Part shown: positions 62,935 through 64,000 of the stretch, piece after piece
Layout of the letters: every line of letters starts with the position of its first letter
Numbering within the stretch: the stretch's first letter is position 1
Assembly (NCBI GenBank): GCA_964652835.1
Contig: CAZZCB010000002.1
Location: 584-64,583 of the forward strand
Direction: 5' to 3'
DNA: 64,000 nucleotides
Source of the DNA: an uncultured Candidatus Saccharibacteria bacterium
GTDB taxonomy: Bacteria; Patescibacteriota; Minisyncoccia; Phycocordibacterales; CSBR16-119
Position numbers and translations under genes: made by a program
Notes under the pieces: generated by a model
Told to the model about the DNA's origin: nothing
What the model saw: only the letters and a program-made list of their open reading frames with translations
The model's database searches: none

Positions 62935-64000
62935 ATGTGGACTTCATTAAGAGTTGGATTTCTCCTAGGTGTGCGTCAAATCCAAAGAGCTTCTATCTGG
63001 ACTACTCTTTTAATTATTTTTATCATGACACTTACGTTTTTAAATCTCGTAGGTGTTTCTGGTATTTTAGTTGGACTAATAGAAGGTTCGGTTGAAGCGA
63101 ACAGAAATCAATATACTGGAAACGTTTTTATATCGACCCCTTCTGGTGATCCGTATATAAAAGATACAAATTCAATAATCCAAACCCTGGGAACGATAAA
63201 AGAAGTCGATAATTTTTCTTATCGATATATTGGTAATGCATCCGCGGAAGCAAATTACAAAACAAGAAGAGATCAAAATGAAGTTAAAGACACTGTTGGA
63301 GCTCAAGTTGCAGGTATAGACGCCGAAAGAGAAGACGATGTTACAAATTTATCTAAATATGTAGTAGAAGGTGAATATCTAACAAACGACGATACTGACA
63401 GTATTTTGATTGGTGCAAACTTGCTTCGCCAATATGCGGCGGACTTTGGAGAGGGTTTTTCAACTCTCGACGACGTCGGTCCTGGAGTAAAAATCCGAAT
63501 GACGTACGGAGATAAAACTAAAGAATACACAGTAAAAGGGGTTGTAGACAGTAAGGTTAACGAAACCTCGCTAAGAGTTTTCATGATAGATGGGGAGTTC
63601 GTCAGATTTTTTGATCGATCAAATCTAAATGTAAATGAAGTTGCTGTTGTTGCTAAAGACGGCGTGCCAGAAACTGTTCTTAAAAATATTATTGTTAGAA
63701 GTACTACTCCAGGTGTTGCGAAAATACAAACAGCTGAAGAATCTATACCTCAGTTTCTAAACGATATTAAACTCGCATTCGGTATTCTTGGAAACATCAT
63801 CGGAGGTATTGGTATTGTTGTGGCGTCAATCACTATATTTATTATTATTTTTATAAACGCCATCACACGTAGAAAGTACATTGGTATTTTAAAGGCAATC
63901 GGTACAAAAGCACGGTCTATTCAGTTCGCTTATGTTTTGCAATCAATCTTCTATGCATTTTCTGGATCGGTTGTTGGTGTGGCGGTGCTTTACGGAGTTC
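62935..64000 (+). CDS. ABC transporter permease, MacB/FtsX-like (partial; continues beyond the window).
   Basis: Open frame from the ATG at 62935 to the window end. N-terminal TM 'IWTTLLIIFIMTLTFLNLVGV', a large periplasmic domain, then the FtsX TMs ('FGILGNIIGGIGIVVASITIFIIIF'). Confidence 0.7.
   Translation, partial: MWTSLRVGFLLGVRQIQRASIWTTLLIIFIMTLTFLNLVGVSGILVGLIEGSVEANRNQYTGNVFISTPSGDPYIKDTNSIIQTLGTIKEVDNFSYRYIGNASAEANYKTRRDQNEVKDTVGAQVAGIDAEREDDVTNLSKYVVEGEYLTNDDTDSILIGANLLRQYAADFGEGFSTLDDVGPGVKIRMTYGDKTKEYTVKGVVDSKVNETSLRVFMIDGEFVRFFDRSNLNVNEVAVVAKDGVPETVLKNIIVRSTTPGVAKIQTAEESIPQFLNDIKLAFGILGNIIGGIGIVVASITIFIIIFINAITRRKYIGILKAIGTKARSIQFAYVLQSIFYAFSGSVVGVAVLYGV

Noticed and set aside
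1-64000. CRISPR arrays, rRNA genes and IS transposases
   Set aside because: No regularly spaced direct-repeat array, no 16S/23S/5S-like sequence and no transposase (DDE/HUH) ORF was seen. The only mobility-related sequences are the recombinase fragment and the tRNA 3'-end repeats.

Overview
This is a low-GC, gene-dense bacterial window, mostly on the + strand, with short AT-rich intergenic promoters and many hairpin+T-run terminators. The gene content suggests a CPR/Patescibacteria-like genome: small housekeeping proteins, a short UvrC and a short DnaX. Recognisable core genes are uvrB, uvrA and uvrC clustered together, ddl, tRNA-Ala(TGC), leuS, murJ, topA, dprA, serS, an FtsQ-like gene, dus, a retropepsin-like protease next to rimK, dnaX, tRNA-Gln(TTG), an ABC-F ATPase, a processive GT2, a GIY-YIG protein, TspO, a YjjX-like NTPase, an HI0933-like flavoprotein, an AI-2E permease and a HlyD/MacB-type export pair that runs off the 3' end.

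The most striking content is a tandem locus at about 12.6-26.1 kb of seven large secreted multi-domain proteins. They carry FG-GAP/integrin-like repeats, FN3 domains, a CAP/YkwD domain and DUF642-like jelly-roll domains. Each ends in a peptidoglycan-binding-like (PG_binding_1) module, usually preceded by a Ser-rich 'SSSSGSR' motif. An eighth member at 42.0-44.2 kb is a 7-bladed beta-propeller protein with the same C-terminal module.

Second is a copper-homeostasis islet directly downstream of tRNA-Gln: csoR with a perfect TATACCCCC-TA-GGGGGTATA operator inside its promoter, copA, an HMA-DsbD_2 fusion and a cupredoxin-like gene. The islet is bounded by a truncated large serine recombinase.

Other notable items are a Nudix hydrolase domain inserted into the LeuRS editing domain, tRNA-Ala 3'-end fragments downstream of tRNA-Ala, several tiny lysine-rich proteins, and scattered higher-GC ORFans each followed by a GC-rich terminator. 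I saw no CRISPR array, rRNA or intact transposase.
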